Part shown: piece after piece, positions 1-8,885 of the stretch
How the letters are laid out: the number at the start of each line of letters is the position of its first letter
How positions within the stretch are numbered: position 1 is the stretch's first letter
Virus record (IMG/VR): IMGVR_UViG_2657245588_000005
Source of the DNA: a virus
Lineage: Duplodnaviria > Heunggongvirae > Uroviricota > Caudoviricetes
DNA: 44,413 nucleotides
Direction: 5' to 3' (one strand)
The notes under the pieces: model-generated
What the model was told of the DNA's origin: nothing
The model's database searches: none
Seen by the model: the letters and a program-made list of their open reading frames with translations, nothing else
Position numbers and translations under genes: made by a program

Positions 1-1119
1 TCAAATAACCAACTTAACCCATTCCTGACCTCGAGTATCGTTATAGCGATCGGTGGTTGCCTGGACTTTATGTCCTAGTAATGTTTTTGTATCGATACCC
101 TGTGCACGGTACAGCCGTTCTGATAGAGAGCGTTGTTCATGAAATGTTGGCGGAGTTTTTCCTGCTGGTGGAATTATCCCAGCCAGATCCCGTGCTTTGG
201 CAAAGTAGTCGCTCAGGTTGTCTTTACTCATCGGCTTCGGTTGTTTCTGGTGCCGACTATGGATTAGATATGGACTTAATATTCTGTCTCGGCACCCATC
301 AATAACTTCTTTTAACGTTATCCCAATGGCATCACAGCGTAGTGTAAGCGGTAACGCCAGACGCATTCCGGTTTTTCCCTGGGTGATATGCAAGTGTTCG
401 TTCCACACATCTGAAAAACGCATGTGGCAAATGTCATCACGGCGCTGACCAGTAACAATCGCAAGAAGCATTGCGTTACGGATAAAGTGTTTTTCAGGCG
501 TTGCATTGTAAATTTTTTGCCAGTCTTCCATGGTGAGCCTGGCTCTGGTTACTTTAGGGATCGGTTTACGGGTAGCCTCCGGAGGATTCCATCCAGGAGG
601 AACTTCCCCTGCATGCTGTGCTTCTTTATAAATATCAACCCATAATCCACGATTTACTCTCGCTGTGCTGACCATGTCTTTATCCAGCCACTCATCCAGT
701 ATTAATGCAAAGTCTCTTACTTCCAGTTCTTTCAATGGGTGGTTTCCCAGACGGGAAACCAGGTATGCAGCCATTCGAGTTTTTTCTTTGTGAGTTGTAG
801 CTGCAATATCTCCATTTTTCAGTCGCGTGTCCTGTATTTTCAGATATCGATCAACCCATGCCTTTAATCTGATACCCCGACGTTTTGTTGCTGACAGACT
901 TTCATCAATTTTGCGCATGAAATATTCAGCTTCTGCTGCAGCTATTCGCTGATTGGCTGTGGAAGCGATTTTTTCTGCCTTACCTTTGTCTGTTCCGAGT
1001 CCGTGAAATTTTCCAGTCACAGGATTTTTATACTGGTAGTAAACTCTGCCAGTTCTGCGATCAAACTTTTCGTAAAGACCGGCTACGTCAGTGCTGTTTT
1101 TTCGTGGCCTCGGTGACAT
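1..1119 (-). CDS. int: Phage integrase, tyrosine recombinase (lambda Int-like)
   Basis: 372-aa ORF with typical lambdoid integrase features; ATG at 1117-1119, stop at 1-3; overlapped at its 5' end by an excisionase-like ORF. Confidence 0.88.
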   Translation of the reverse strand: MSPRPRKNSTDVAGLYEKFDRRTGRVYYQYKNPVTGKFHGLGTDKGKAEKIASTANQRIAAAEAEYFMRKIDESLSATKRRGIRLKAWVDRYLKIQDTRLKNGDIAATTHKEKTRMAAYLVSRLGNHPLKELEVRDFALILDEWLDKDMVSTARVNRGLWVDIYKEAQHAGEVPPGWNPPEATRKPIPKVTRARLTMEDWQKIYNATPEKHFIRNAMLLAIVTGQRRDDICHMRFSDVWNEHLHITQGKTGMRLALPLTLRCDAIGITLKEVIDGCRDRILSPYLIHSRHQKQPKPMSKDNLSDYFAKARDLAGIIPPAGKTPPTFHEQRSLSERLYRAQGIDTKTLLGHKVQATTDRYNDTRGQEWVKLVI

Positions 1120-1357
1120 GAGTTAAAATCTCCTTCAGTGCATCATCATCGCCAGTATGAATTTCCGGCGCAATTCCCGTTTCACCAGGCCCAACAAATA
1201 CTGCTCGGCGATCTATCAGCCAACGCCCACGAATTTTTTGTGGCCTTGGAACGATGTATCCTAGTTTTCCGTATTTCACCAGGGTAGTGTTTGTTATTGG
1301 GAGACTGAACCGTTTTGGTTTCCACTCGTCGAGCGTTATCAGGTACTGTTCGCTCAT
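1088..1357 (-). CDS. xis: Excisionase-like protein (Xis)
   Basis: Small basic ORF directly upstream of int and overlapping its start; N-terminal 'YLITLDEW' resembles the lambda Xis 'YLTLQEW' motif. ATG at 1355-1357 preferred (GGAG about 9 nt upstream); the track starts at a GTG at 1366. Confidence 0.65.
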   Translation of the reverse strand: MSEQYLITLDEWKPKRFSLPITNTTLVKYGKLGYIVPRPQKIRGRWLIDRRAVFVGPGETGIAPEIHTGDDDALKEILTHVTEATKKQH

Positions 1358-1418
1358 GGCTATCACTCCGGAACGCGCCAGTTGCAGAATATCAACGACA
1401 ACTGGCGACGGTTGAACA

Positions 1419-3860
1419 TTAAAAATCAGCCTGACTCGGGATCAGTTTTTGCCAGATAACTGAAACGTATTTTGCCTGGTAACGGGCGTCATCAAGTGCA
1501 TTATGGCGCTCACCTTCGAATGGAATAGCCGTTCTGGCATCGAAGTCTATGGCTTTCCCCAGCTCAACGATTGTGCGTACATCGCGATCGTTGTAGTAAC
1601 GCCACGGGCAGGGGATCCCCTGCCGTTCGTATGAACGGCGCAAAATCGTGTTGTCGAAGTTGGCTCCATTTCCCCAGACCTGAACAAAAAATTCACCGGA
1701 GTTTTCGTCGATAAATTCCCGCAATTGTAACAGTGCATCATCTAACGGGATTTCATCGGTCATAATGGCAGATTGCGCTTCGCGTGATTGCTTAAGCCAC
1801 CATTTAATGGTGTCCCGATCAATGACTCCGCCAGCAGTTTCCAGATCGATAGTCTTACTAAATTCCGGTCCCATATCTCCGGTTTGCGGATCGAAAAATA
1901 TTGCACCTATTGAGATGATCGGGGCATCAGGATTTTTTCCCATGGTTTCAAGGTCGATCATTAGATGGTCACACGTCCTGCTGGTGGATGTGATTTCTTG
2001 ATGACCGTTCACCTTAATTGAGTGATCTGCCGTCTCGCCAGTTTCATTATCGCTATCGTGATGCTGATTGCCGCCAGTGTTCTCCTTGTGTGGATGTTCA
2101 GCGCCTTCCATTTCCTCCGGATCATCTTCCTGAACTTCAACCTGATACTCTTCATCGAATGTTTCCTGGTATGTTGCGTCGCCCATCACCGCGCCACAAT
2201 CAGGGCAGTTGCCGCCGCCGGTCTGACCGCAGGCGGTGCAGACTTTTTCCACTTCCTGTTGCGCCACTGGTTCGGATTGTTTCGTTTCTGGCTCGTTTTG
2301 TAACGCATTTGGGCTGTTTTGTTCCGCTTTTTGGTCGTTCCGTTCCGATTCATGCTGGTTCTGGTTCACAGAATCGCGAGTCTGGATCCCTTTGACCCAT
2401 TTCGGATCATTAGGGTCGCTAATCCCCTCAACAAATTCACCACGCGATACAGCAAGTAACTTATCGGCGTCAGGCTGGCTGATATTGGCTGCCTGCATAA
2501 TTTTGTTTACTTCGTCAGCGGTGACTTTTACTTGGTTAGCGGAACTCACCTGCGACTGAGCATCCAGCGACTGCGCGTTCTGGCCATGTTCAGTTGTATC
2601 CGGTTCCATTGTTTCAGTTGTTGCCTGTTCACCTGCCATTGCGTCAGATGGTTGTGGTTTTTCTTCTTCTGTTTCACGCTCAGTAACCACCTCGCGGTTA
2701 ATTTCTTCCAGGATATCTTTTTCCGGCGTATGCCGGGCAGCTGTGAGAGTTTCCTTGCTGGGGTTCTCGTGATCAGTTTCCGTCAAATAGGCGTTGATAT
2801 ACCCCTGAAGGCGTCCCGGGTAGTGATAAAATTCAGGGTGTGCGCTTCGGATAAGTGCAAAAATAGCGGCGCGGGAATAGTCCAGAATACCCGGGGTTGC
2901 ACGAAGTGCTGCGGACCATTCTTTGAACGGACTTTCTTTGTTCAGGACTACTTCTTTTGCGCGACGATAAACGCTGCCCGGAATTTCATAAATATTAAAA
3001 TCCATCGGAAGTGTGGCTGCTGCAATCTCCACATCCAGTGTGTCGAGGGTGTGTACTAAATTCGGATTGCGATCGGTTTTGTTCCCACCGCCAGCATTAG
3101 CACCGGAAGCCGTGCGGGTGATGCGTGAAACACGATTTCCTTTCATCCACTCTTTTGTCAGCAGACCCCGATCAGTGTAGTCAGCGTCTAGGTATGCTTC
3201 GAAAAAAGCAGTTATTAGTCCCAGGTCTGAATTACCAGGATTAGGGAAAACTTTGTCAGTGTCACGAACCAGTTTGTGGAGGTCGCGAATCTCCAGCGAG
3301 TCGAGCAGACTGGTTTTATGCGAAATAGCCAGGGCAGTAACAGCCGGTAGTTCTTCAGCCCGTGCAATGTGTAATGCCTGGAGTTCGTCGCGTGAAACGT
3401 GCGTTACTGGTTTTTCGCTGCCGTGTTGAGCAAGCCAACGAATGGGCAGTTCCTGACCGGAGACAGGCAGAAGCATGCTCTCCTCAATCTCAGTCATGGC
3501 TTCGCCGTTGATGTTGGTATTGTCAGTGCTGGCTGGTTTGTCCTGAACAGAGGGGGAAGGGCCGATAAATGTCATTGTGATGCCATCTTTCCCGCCTTTT
3601 TCATAGCGGTTGCAGAATTCAGTATCAAACACGCCTTCTGGCGGAAGGTCGTCAACAACGGGCAAATTGACGCGGACGGGTTTTTTAAAGTCGTCTTCAT
3701 CATAATCGTTGTCATCCATTGCGGTAATGCAGCGGGAGATTGCAACAGATAATTTTTTTGCTGTAGTCCAGTAAAAACCACCTTTAATTCCTAGGCGTTT
3801 TCTTACTTTGTCATTTTTTGCTTCGCAATATAGTGCAAATTCTTCTTTATCAGTGCTCAT
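1419..3860 (-). CDS. Large phage exonuclease with C-terminal DnaQ/DEDDh-like 3'-5' exonuclease domain (often annotated exodeoxyribonuclease VIII-like)
   Basis: 813 aa; C-terminal motifs 'MIDLETMG' (Exo I D-x-E), '[12 protein letters not shown]' (Exo II) and '[10 protein letters not shown]' (Exo III H-x4-D); acidic low-complexity middle and a CxxC-x-CPDCG zinc-ribbon-like motif; sits in the early-left operon where exo/recE normally lies. Confidence 0.7.
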   Translation of the reverse strand: MSTDKEEFALYCEAKNDKVRKRLGIKGGFYWTTAKKLSVAISRCITAMDDNDYDEDDFKKPVRVNLPVVDDLPPEGVFDTEFCNRYEKGGKDGITMTFIGPSPSVQDKPASTDNTNINGEAMTEIEESMLLPVSGQELPIRWLAQHGSEKPVTHVSRDELQALHIARAEELPAVTALAISHKTSLLDSLEIRDLHKLVRDTDKVFPNPGNSDLGLITAFFEAYLDADYTDRGLLTKEWMKGNRVSRITRTASGANAGGGNKTDRNPNLVHTLDTLDVEIAAATLPMDFNIYEIPGSVYRRAKEVVLNKESPFKEWSAALRATPGILDYSRAAIFALIRSAHPEFYHYPGRLQGYINAYLTETDHENPSKETLTAARHTPEKDILEEINREVVTERETEEEKPQPSDAMAGEQATTETMEPDTTEHGQNAQSLDAQSQVSSANQVKVTADEVNKIMQAANISQPDADKLLAVSRGEFVEGISDPNDPKWVKGIQTRDSVNQNQHESERNDQKAEQNSPNALQNEPETKQSEPVAQQEVEKVCTACGQTGGGNCPDCGAVMGDATYQETFDEEYQVEVQEDDPEEMEGAEHPHKENTGGNQHHDSDNETGETADHSIKVNGHQEITSTSRTCDHLMIDLETMGKNPDAPIISIGAIFFDPQTGDMGPEFSKTIDLETAGGVIDRDTIKWWLKQSREAQSAIMTDEIPLDDALLQLREFIDENSGEFFVQVWGNGANFDNTILRRSYERQGIPCPWRYYNDRDVRTIVELGKAIDFDARTAIPFEGERHNALDDARYQAKYVSVIWQKLIPSQADF

Positions 3861-3953
3861 TATTGGTAAACCTCATCACAGATTTAAGGGTGAACAAATC
3901 TCTGCCATTGCTGACATATAAGAATGAAACTGGATATTTATTACGGTGCTGTT

Positions 3954-4145
3954 TTAAAATCCTGCCGGGATTTCGTTATTATCCTGGTGAATAACTTTAT
4001 CGACCGGATAACAGTTGCCTGGAATTTTCTGTTCGGTTGCTGCTGCCATACATTCCTGCATTGTTCTGTGAACACTGACTGCAATATCAACTGGCTCTCC
4101 GGAAACAAGAAAAACCGTCAGAATAAGTGCAAATACTGGATTCAT
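3954..4145 (-). CDS. ydfD: YdfD-like small lysis protein (63 aa, N-terminal hydrophobic segment)
   Basis: Internal ATG at 4143-4145 gives 'MNPVFALILTVFLVSGEPVDIAV...'; start overlaps the dicB stop (ATGA); recalled similarity to Qin YdfD and conserved position downstream of dicB. Confidence 0.6.
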   Translation of the reverse strand: MNPVFALILTVFLVSGEPVDIAVSVHRTMQECMAAATEQKIPGNCYPVDKVIHQDNNEIPAGF

Positions 4146-4330
4146 TGTGCACATCCTTTTGGCATCAGACGTAAACGGGCCAGCATTGAAACAATGCATA
4201 CTTTATTTAATAACTCCCGTTCGTGTTTTCTTTTGTTAATGGCATCTTCAGTAAATACAGGATTACTGATAGTGACACCAATTTCAAAACAACCTTCAGA
4301 CGTATTAACGTTTGGTAATAACGTTTTCAT
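4142..4330 (-). CDS. dicB: Cell division inhibitor DicB
   Basis: 62-aa product 'MKTLLPNVNTSEGCFEIGVTISNPVFTEDAINKRK...LARLRLMPKGCAQ' matches the recalled Qin DicB sequence; GAGGG RBS upstream; dicF-like sequence immediately upstream on the same strand. Confidence 0.75.
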   Translation of the reverse strand: MKTLLPNVNTSEGCFEIGVTISNPVFTEDAINKRKHERELLNKVCIVSMLARLRLMPKGCAQ

Positions 4331-4499
4331 TATCGCGCCCTCAACAATGAGTTTTGTGATGCGGTGCCTGGTGCCTCCAGGTGACGTTAACCAGTTAACA
4401 ATTAACGCCGGATACAGAGAATCCACCCATAACACTGTTTTTGGTTTTAACTGTTCCGCGTGCGCTTAGCCGCATTCACCGCATCACAAAATTCACTTT

Positions 4500-4557
4500 A
4501 AAAAGGGCGGCAGAGCAGTCACGGAGTAAAACTGATACCGCCAAACGTCACCAGAAA
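4500..4557 (-). ncRNA. dicF: DicF small RNA (about 53 nt plus U-tail; ftsZ-targeting sRNA of the dicB operon)
   Basis: Minus-strand sequence UUUCUGGUGACGUUUGGCGGUAUCAGUUUUACUCCGUGACUGCUCUGCCGCCC followed by UUUUU (GC stem plus U-run terminator); matches recalled DicF and lies where dicF sits in Qin, between ydfC and dicB. Confidence 0.65.
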
Positions 4558-4898
4558 ATTGATAACAGAGGGCGTTGCAGTGGGGTTGTCACTTAAGCGT
4601 ATGGTCAACCTGACAACCCGGTGTCCTCAACGGGGGAAGGAATAACCCCGCCATACTTACCGCCGCGCCATTTCGCGGATTGCCACAACCGGAAGCGCAC
4701 GGTCGACGAAAATTTAACGACAGGCTATCTATGAACCAGCTACCTCGCCGTGCGCTTTCGCGTTATGGTCTGACTTTTCAGGGAAATATCCTTTCAGTAA
4801 ACTGTCAGTGCCGGATGCTCACCCGTGTCCGGCGCACGCACTCCACCTCACCCGTGGAGAACTCCTTAATTACCAACCTTAGCTTCGTTGGTTATCTA

Positions 4899-5117
4899 TT
4901 AACGCGGGTATGTAATCATTCTGGCAATGCTTAATGCCGCTGCTTTTTCCAGCCTGGTGATATCCTGCTCCAGAGCGGACAGATTTTCAGCCTGCTTAGC
5001 CCTGGCTTCATTGGCCCATTTCAAATCCTGCGCTGCATTAATTTTCTGGCGCATCCACTCATAAAGTTCATCATCGGTATAGTCTGGCGCGATGATGACG
5101 GGTTCTCGTTTCTGCAT
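4899..5117 (-). CDS. ydfC: YdfC-like small protein of the dicB operon
   Basis: 72-aa ORF with AAGGAG RBS; assigned by position upstream of dicF-dicB as in Qin; function unknown. Confidence 0.5.
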   Translation of the reverse strand: MQKREPVIIAPDYTDDELYEWMRQKINAAQDLKWANEARAKQAENLSALEQDITRLEKAAALSIARMITYPR

Positions 5118-5188
5118 GTCGGCTCCTTGTGGTTAGCGTTGCCTGCTTTTAACCACGTCAGGCGAGGTGGTATCCTCTGAGGGGTCTG

Positions 5189-5545
5189 TTACTCGAGAGG
5201 AAATTGGTTATGAATACAATCAAGTTTTCTTGCCCAGAATGTGGTGGCGAAGTCTTTGACACATCCTTTAAACCGCAGGGCTCTGACAGTTTCGCGGGAG
5301 CCATCTGCAAAAATTGTGGTCACCTTGTAACTGAAGATGAGTCCTCGCAGTTTGATGACGAAATCGTTGACAATATCTTCGGTGCACTCACCAGAGACTT
5401 TCTGAAGTAAAGGCGCATACCGCTTAGTTACCGCTCTGATAATTCTTACCTGTCCGGCAATGGCGCTGATATCAATATAAAGCGCCATCGCTGTTTCTTT
5501 GCTGATCCCTGGACGCCTTCCATTCTGATGTTTGACTTCGCCCAC
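5189..5545 (-). CDS. Alternative hypothetical protein (118 aa) downstream of cI on the same strand (rex/sieB-equivalent position)
   Basis: GTG start at 5543-5545 with AGAGGA 7 nt upstream; same orientation as the repressor. Mutually exclusive with the plus-strand zinc-ribbon ORF; codon-position composition does not separate them. Confidence 0.3.
   Translation of the reverse strand: MGEVKHQNGRRPGISKETAMALYIDISAIAGQVRIIRAVTKRYAPLLQKVSGECTEDIVNDFVIKLRGLIFSYKVTTIFADGSRETVRALRFKGCVKDFATTFWARKLDCIHNQFPLE
5210..5410 (+). CDS. Small zinc-ribbon protein (CPECGG...CKNCGH) with acidic tail; hypothetical
   Basis: 66 aa from ATG 5210 with GAGAGG RBS at 5195-5200; two CxxC pairs about 20 residues apart; possible hairpin plus T-run downstream (5460-5500). 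Overlaps the alternative minus-strand ORF 5189..5545; only one is likely real. Confidence 0.35.
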   Translation: MNTIKFSCPECGGEVFDTSFKPQGSDSFAGAICKNCGHLVTEDESSQFDDEIVDNIFGALTRDFLK

Positions 5546-5841
5546 TGAGAAATCCTCTGTTTCCCCTTAACGCCGGGGTAGCGGAACAAAAACCTGCTGC
5601 ATAGTTATTAAAGTTGAACCCTGCCGTCATGTTCTTACGCCTCGGGCTGGCTACTTAACCCCTGACCACTGCCTGGTAACTCGAAGTATTGCCCTGCATT
5701 CTGTAGGATGGGGTGAGGGAATGAATGAAGTTTAGAAAAACGAACTTTTCAGGTCAATGTTTTTTTATCAAAACATTTTAAGCAGGCAGCTGTTAAGCCA
5801 TCACCACGATGGCATACAGTTAATCAAATAGATGAGGTTGG

Positions 5842-6480
5842 TTAAATATCTTGTTGAATTTTAAAGCATACGCCCAATATGCAAGATAGATCATCCAGCA
5901 TAATTGAAGGGTAGCGAGGATTCGTGGGGACTAAAAGAATATCCGGCCCTTCTATCTCCAGTTTACGAATGACAGGTGTTGTGGTCCCTTTGGGTAAGGC
6001 AAGGACAATATTTCCTGGTTGTACGGTTCGATCGGGATCAACAAAAACTGTTGAACCATTTGGGATGGAAACTCCCCCACCAGATGTTGACATACTGTCA
6101 CTCTCTAGAACAACTGCAAAGGTATTGACCGGGATTTCTCCGACAAGCTGCACACAAGAGGTTATTGAGGAATTTTTCATATAATCACTCCAGCTTGCTG
6201 CCTGCTGAAGTGATAGTAGCGGAACCGTTTTTATCGGCGGTAAAGATAGATCAAGCGAATCACCTGTATTTAACTCTCCTCCATTAAGAAGCCAATTTTC
6301 GTTTACTTTCAATATTTTTGCCAGTGAACTTATGTAACGCGAGGACGGCGCTCCTCCACCGTTCATCCATTGACTTACGGAGCCTTTTGATGCGCCAGTG
6401 CCATTGACAAGGTCTTTGCCTTTCAGGTTTAGCGCATGCATACGTTGGGTTATGCGTTCAGATATAGTTTGCTTGCTCAT
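5842..6480 (-). CDS. CI-like repressor (N-terminal HTH, C-terminal S24 LexA-type autopeptidase domain)
   Basis: 212 aa; C-terminal 'LESDSMS...' Ser motif and 'PVIRKLE' Lys consistent with a Ser-Lys dyad; divergent from the cro-like gene across a promoter/operator-like intergenic region. Confidence 0.85.
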   Translation of the reverse strand: MSKQTISERITQRMHALNLKGKDLVNGTGASKGSVSQWMNGGGAPSSRYISSLAKILKVNENWLLNGGELNTGDSLDLSLPPIKTVPLLSLQQAASWSDYMKNSSITSCVQLVGEIPVNTFAVVLESDSMSTSGGGVSIPNGSTVFVDPDRTVQPGNIVLALPKGTTTPVIRKLEIEGPDILLVPTNPRYPSIMLDDLSCILGVCFKIQQDI

Positions 6481-6571
6481 GTTTTGATTTTAAAACACAG
6501 ATGGTTTTGTTTCTTGACTTTCTTTGGTTTTGATTATTAAACTTTTGACGTTCAGTTTTATGGAGCGACTC

Positions 6572-6814
6572 ATGAAAAAATCAGAAGTATTAGGCTATTT
6601 TGGCGGAGTTGTTAAAACAGCCGCAGCTCTAGGAACGTCAAAAACCACAGTCAGCATGTGGGGGGAAGAGGTTCCGTGGAAATGGGCGTTGCTAATTCAG
6701 GCAGTCACTGCCGGGGCGCTCAAATATGAGTTACACATACCGACGGTTGTCATTCCCGGTTCTGATCATAATCCGCCTTCTAACCAAGGGGGGATTCATG
6801 AAAATCAAGCATGA
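6572..6814 (+). CDS. Cro/YdaS-like HTH regulator
   Basis: Starts 'MKKSEVLGYFGGVVKTAAALGTSKTTVSMW' (HTH); GGAG RBS 6 nt upstream of ATG 6572; divergent from the cI-like gene. Confidence 0.7.
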   Translation: MKKSEVLGYFGGVVKTAAALGTSKTTVSMWGEEVPWKWALLIQAVTAGALKYELHIPTVVIPGSDHNPPSNQGGIHENQA

Positions 6815-7223
6815 ACACATCCGCATGGCGATGAATGCCTGGGCGCATCCGGACGGCGAAAAAGTACCGGCTGCGAAAATTACCAAAGCGTATTTCGAGC
6901 TGGGAATGACGTTCCCGGAACTGTATGACGACAGCCATCCGGAAGCCCTGGCTCGCAATACCCAGAAAATTTTCCGCTGGGTGGAGAAAGACACCCCTGA
7001 TGCAGTTGAAAAAATTCAGGCGTTGTTACCAGCGATCGAAAAGGCAATGCCACCTTTGCTGGTGGCCAGAATGCGCAGCCACAGTTCAGCTTATTTTCGG
7101 GAGTTGGTGGAGACGCGGGAGCGACTGGTGAGAGACGCTGATGATTTTGTCGCAGTGGCAATCGCCGGTTTCAATCAGATGAACCGTGGTGGCCCGGCAG
7201 GAAATGCTGTGGCAGTACATTGA
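6798..7223 (+). CDS. YdaT-like protein (cII-position regulator of the Rac-type immunity region)
   Basis: 141 aa from ATG 6798 with G-rich RBS; overlaps the cro-like 3' end; position and size as Rac YdaT. Confidence 0.55.
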   Translation: MKIKHEHIRMAMNAWAHPDGEKVPAAKITKAYFELGMTFPELYDDSHPEALARNTQKIFRWVEKDTPDAVEKIQALLPAIEKAMPPLLVARMRSHSSAYFRELVETRERLVRDADDFVAVAIAGFNQMNRGGPAGNAVAVH

Positions 7224-7294
7224 CTGACAATAGTCATATCGAATCGCTTCCGGCAACTCGTGAGTAAAAAGATTCGGTATCAGAAGAGGTGAGT

Positions 7295-8365
7295 ATGGCT
7301 AACGCCTGGCTCAGATTATGGCATGACATGCCAAATGACCCTAAGTGGCGAACAATTGCCAGGGTGTCAGGGCAGCCAATTGCAACAGTGATGGCAGTGT
7401 ATATCCACCTCCTGGTGAGCGCGTCACGAAATGTCACGCGAGGTCACATTGATGTCACGACAGAAGATTTGGCAAGTGCGCTCGACGTGACAGAAGAGGT
7501 AATTGATTCAATTTTGCAGACGATGCAGGGGCGGGTACTTGATGGTGATTTAATCACTGGATGGGAAAAACGCCAGGTGCTGAAAGAGGACAACGGCAAT
7601 ATTTCGCAAACCGCAAAATCTCCGGCAGAGCGCAAGAGGGCGCAGCGAGAGAGGGAAAGAAAGCGGGAACAAAATGGCGATTGTCACGGCGAGTCACGAA
7701 ATGTCACGCACATGTCACGACGAGTCACGACAGATAAAGATACAGATAAAGATACAGATCAAGAAGATCAAAACACTATGGTCCATGGCGTAAAAAACGC
7801 CACGAACCAGGCAGGGGATGTTCAGACCGTCACTCCTGGCCAGCCCGCAGGCACGACACCGGAAGCCGATTCAGCGTATGCGCTGAAAGCCGATTCGGGC
7901 GCTGTGCAGCAGGTGATGACCGCAAGGCAGGAGCAATCACACCAACTTCAGCAGCCTGAAGCCGATTCCGCCATTCAGCGGGAAGCCGATCGGGTAGTCC
8001 CGGAAAACACCGGGCAGCCTGTGGGACGAGTGGATTATCCTGATGTGTTCGAACAGGTCTGGCGGGAATACCCGTTGCGTGCCGGGGCAAACCCGAAGAA
8101 ATCCGCTTTCAGTGCCTGGAAAGCCAGATTACGCGAGGGGGTGCCACCAGAGGCCATGCTGGATGGCGTGAGGCGTTACGCAAGATACCTTGCGGCTACC
8201 GGGAAAACGGGAACGGAATTTGTTCAGCGAGCGACGACGTTTTTTGGACCGGACCGGAATTTTGAAAACCCCTGGCTGCTCCCGGTAAGCGGCACGAACA
8301 ACCAGCGTTGTGTGAATCATATTTCTGAACCGGATAACGAAATTCCGCCGGGCTTCAGGGGGTAA
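7295..8365 (+). CDS. Replication initiation / replisome organizer protein (lambda O-like / YdaU-like)
   Basis: 356 aa with AGAGGTGA RBS; two clusters of GTCACG iterons inside its 5' half (origin embedded in the gene, as in lambda O). Confidence 0.7.
   Translation: MANAWLRLWHDMPNDPKWRTIARVSGQPIATVMAVYIHLLVSASRNVTRGHIDVTTEDLASALDVTEEVIDSILQTMQGRVLDGDLITGWEKRQVLKEDNGNISQTAKSPAERKRAQRERERKREQNGDCHGESRNVTHMSRRVTTDKDTDKDTDQEDQNTMVHGVKNATNQAGDVQTVTPGQPAGTTPEADSAYALKADSGAVQQVMTARQEQSHQLQQPEADSAIQREADRVVPENTGQPVGRVDYPDVFEQVWREYPLRAGANPKKSAFSAWKARLREGVPPEAMLDGVRRYARYLAATGKTGTEFVQRATTFFGPDRNFENPWLLPVSGTNNQRCVNHISEPDNEIPPGFRG
7421..7491. repeat. Iteron cluster 1 (GTCACG repeats at about 10-11 bp spacing, plus one inverted copy)
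   Basis: GTCACG at 7423, 7433, 7454, variant GTCACA at 7443, and inverted CGTGAC at 7486. Confidence 0.6.
7680..7790. repeat. Iteron cluster 2 (five direct GTCACG copies at helical periodicity) with adjacent tandem GATAAAGATACAG repeat; candidate ori
   Basis: GTCACG at 7683, 7693, 7703, 7714 and 7724, followed by 'gataaagatacagataaagatacagatcaag'. Confidence 0.6.
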
Positions 8366-8405
8366 GTGTTAATTTCTGGTCATGAGGTAATTTTCAGGAG
8401 GGCTT

Positions 8406-8828
8406 GTGGCAAAAGTTTTTACACAAGAAGAGCGGGAAAAAATTAAAGGACAGGTTCTTGAACTCGTACGCCAGAGTGGGCGCGAGACGTTACGACAACT
8501 GGAAGCTAAAACTGGGGCAACAAGATATCTGATGAGCGTTCTGGCCAGAGAGCTGGTTGCCAGTGGCGATGTATACAATTCTGGCTACGGGTTATTCCCG
8601 TCTGAACAGGCTCGTAAAGACTGGCAAAATGCCCGCAAAAAATTATCGAGGGCAAAGCTGAAGAAACCGGTTGTGGTTGATCCGGACCTTATCTGGTCGT
8701 TACCTGACGGAGAAATACGTCGCTACGACAGTCGCCTAAACATAATCTGTCGCGAGTGCCGGAAGAGTGAAGCTATGCAGCGTGTACTGGCTTTCTATCA
8801 GGGTAATTTTCAGGAGGCGGTACTGTGA
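8406..8828 (+). CDS. Hypothetical phage protein (140 aa)
   Basis: GTG start at 8406 with CAGGAGGG RBS; no recognisable motif. Confidence 0.5.
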   Translation: MAKVFTQEEREKIKGQVLELVRQSGRETLRQLEAKTGATRYLMSVLARELVASGDVYNSGYGLFPSEQARKDWQNARKKLSRAKLKKPVVVDPDLIWSLPDGEIRRYDSRLNIICRECRKSEAMQRVLAFYQGNFQEAVL

Positions 8829-8885
8829 GTGAAATTAGCTATCAGGCTTCAATTACCGCTGGCATTCGCATCAAAGGAGAGGAGC

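Noticed and set aside
2018-3059. Plus-strand ORFs of 93-175 aa opposite the exonuclease gene
   Set aside because: Antisense shadows within a long, motif-bearing minus-strand CDS; Cys/Phe-rich junk-like products.
3924-4469. 181-aa plus-strand ORF
   Set aside because: Antisense to ydfD and dicB, which have coupled starts and RBSs; no RBS for the plus ORF.
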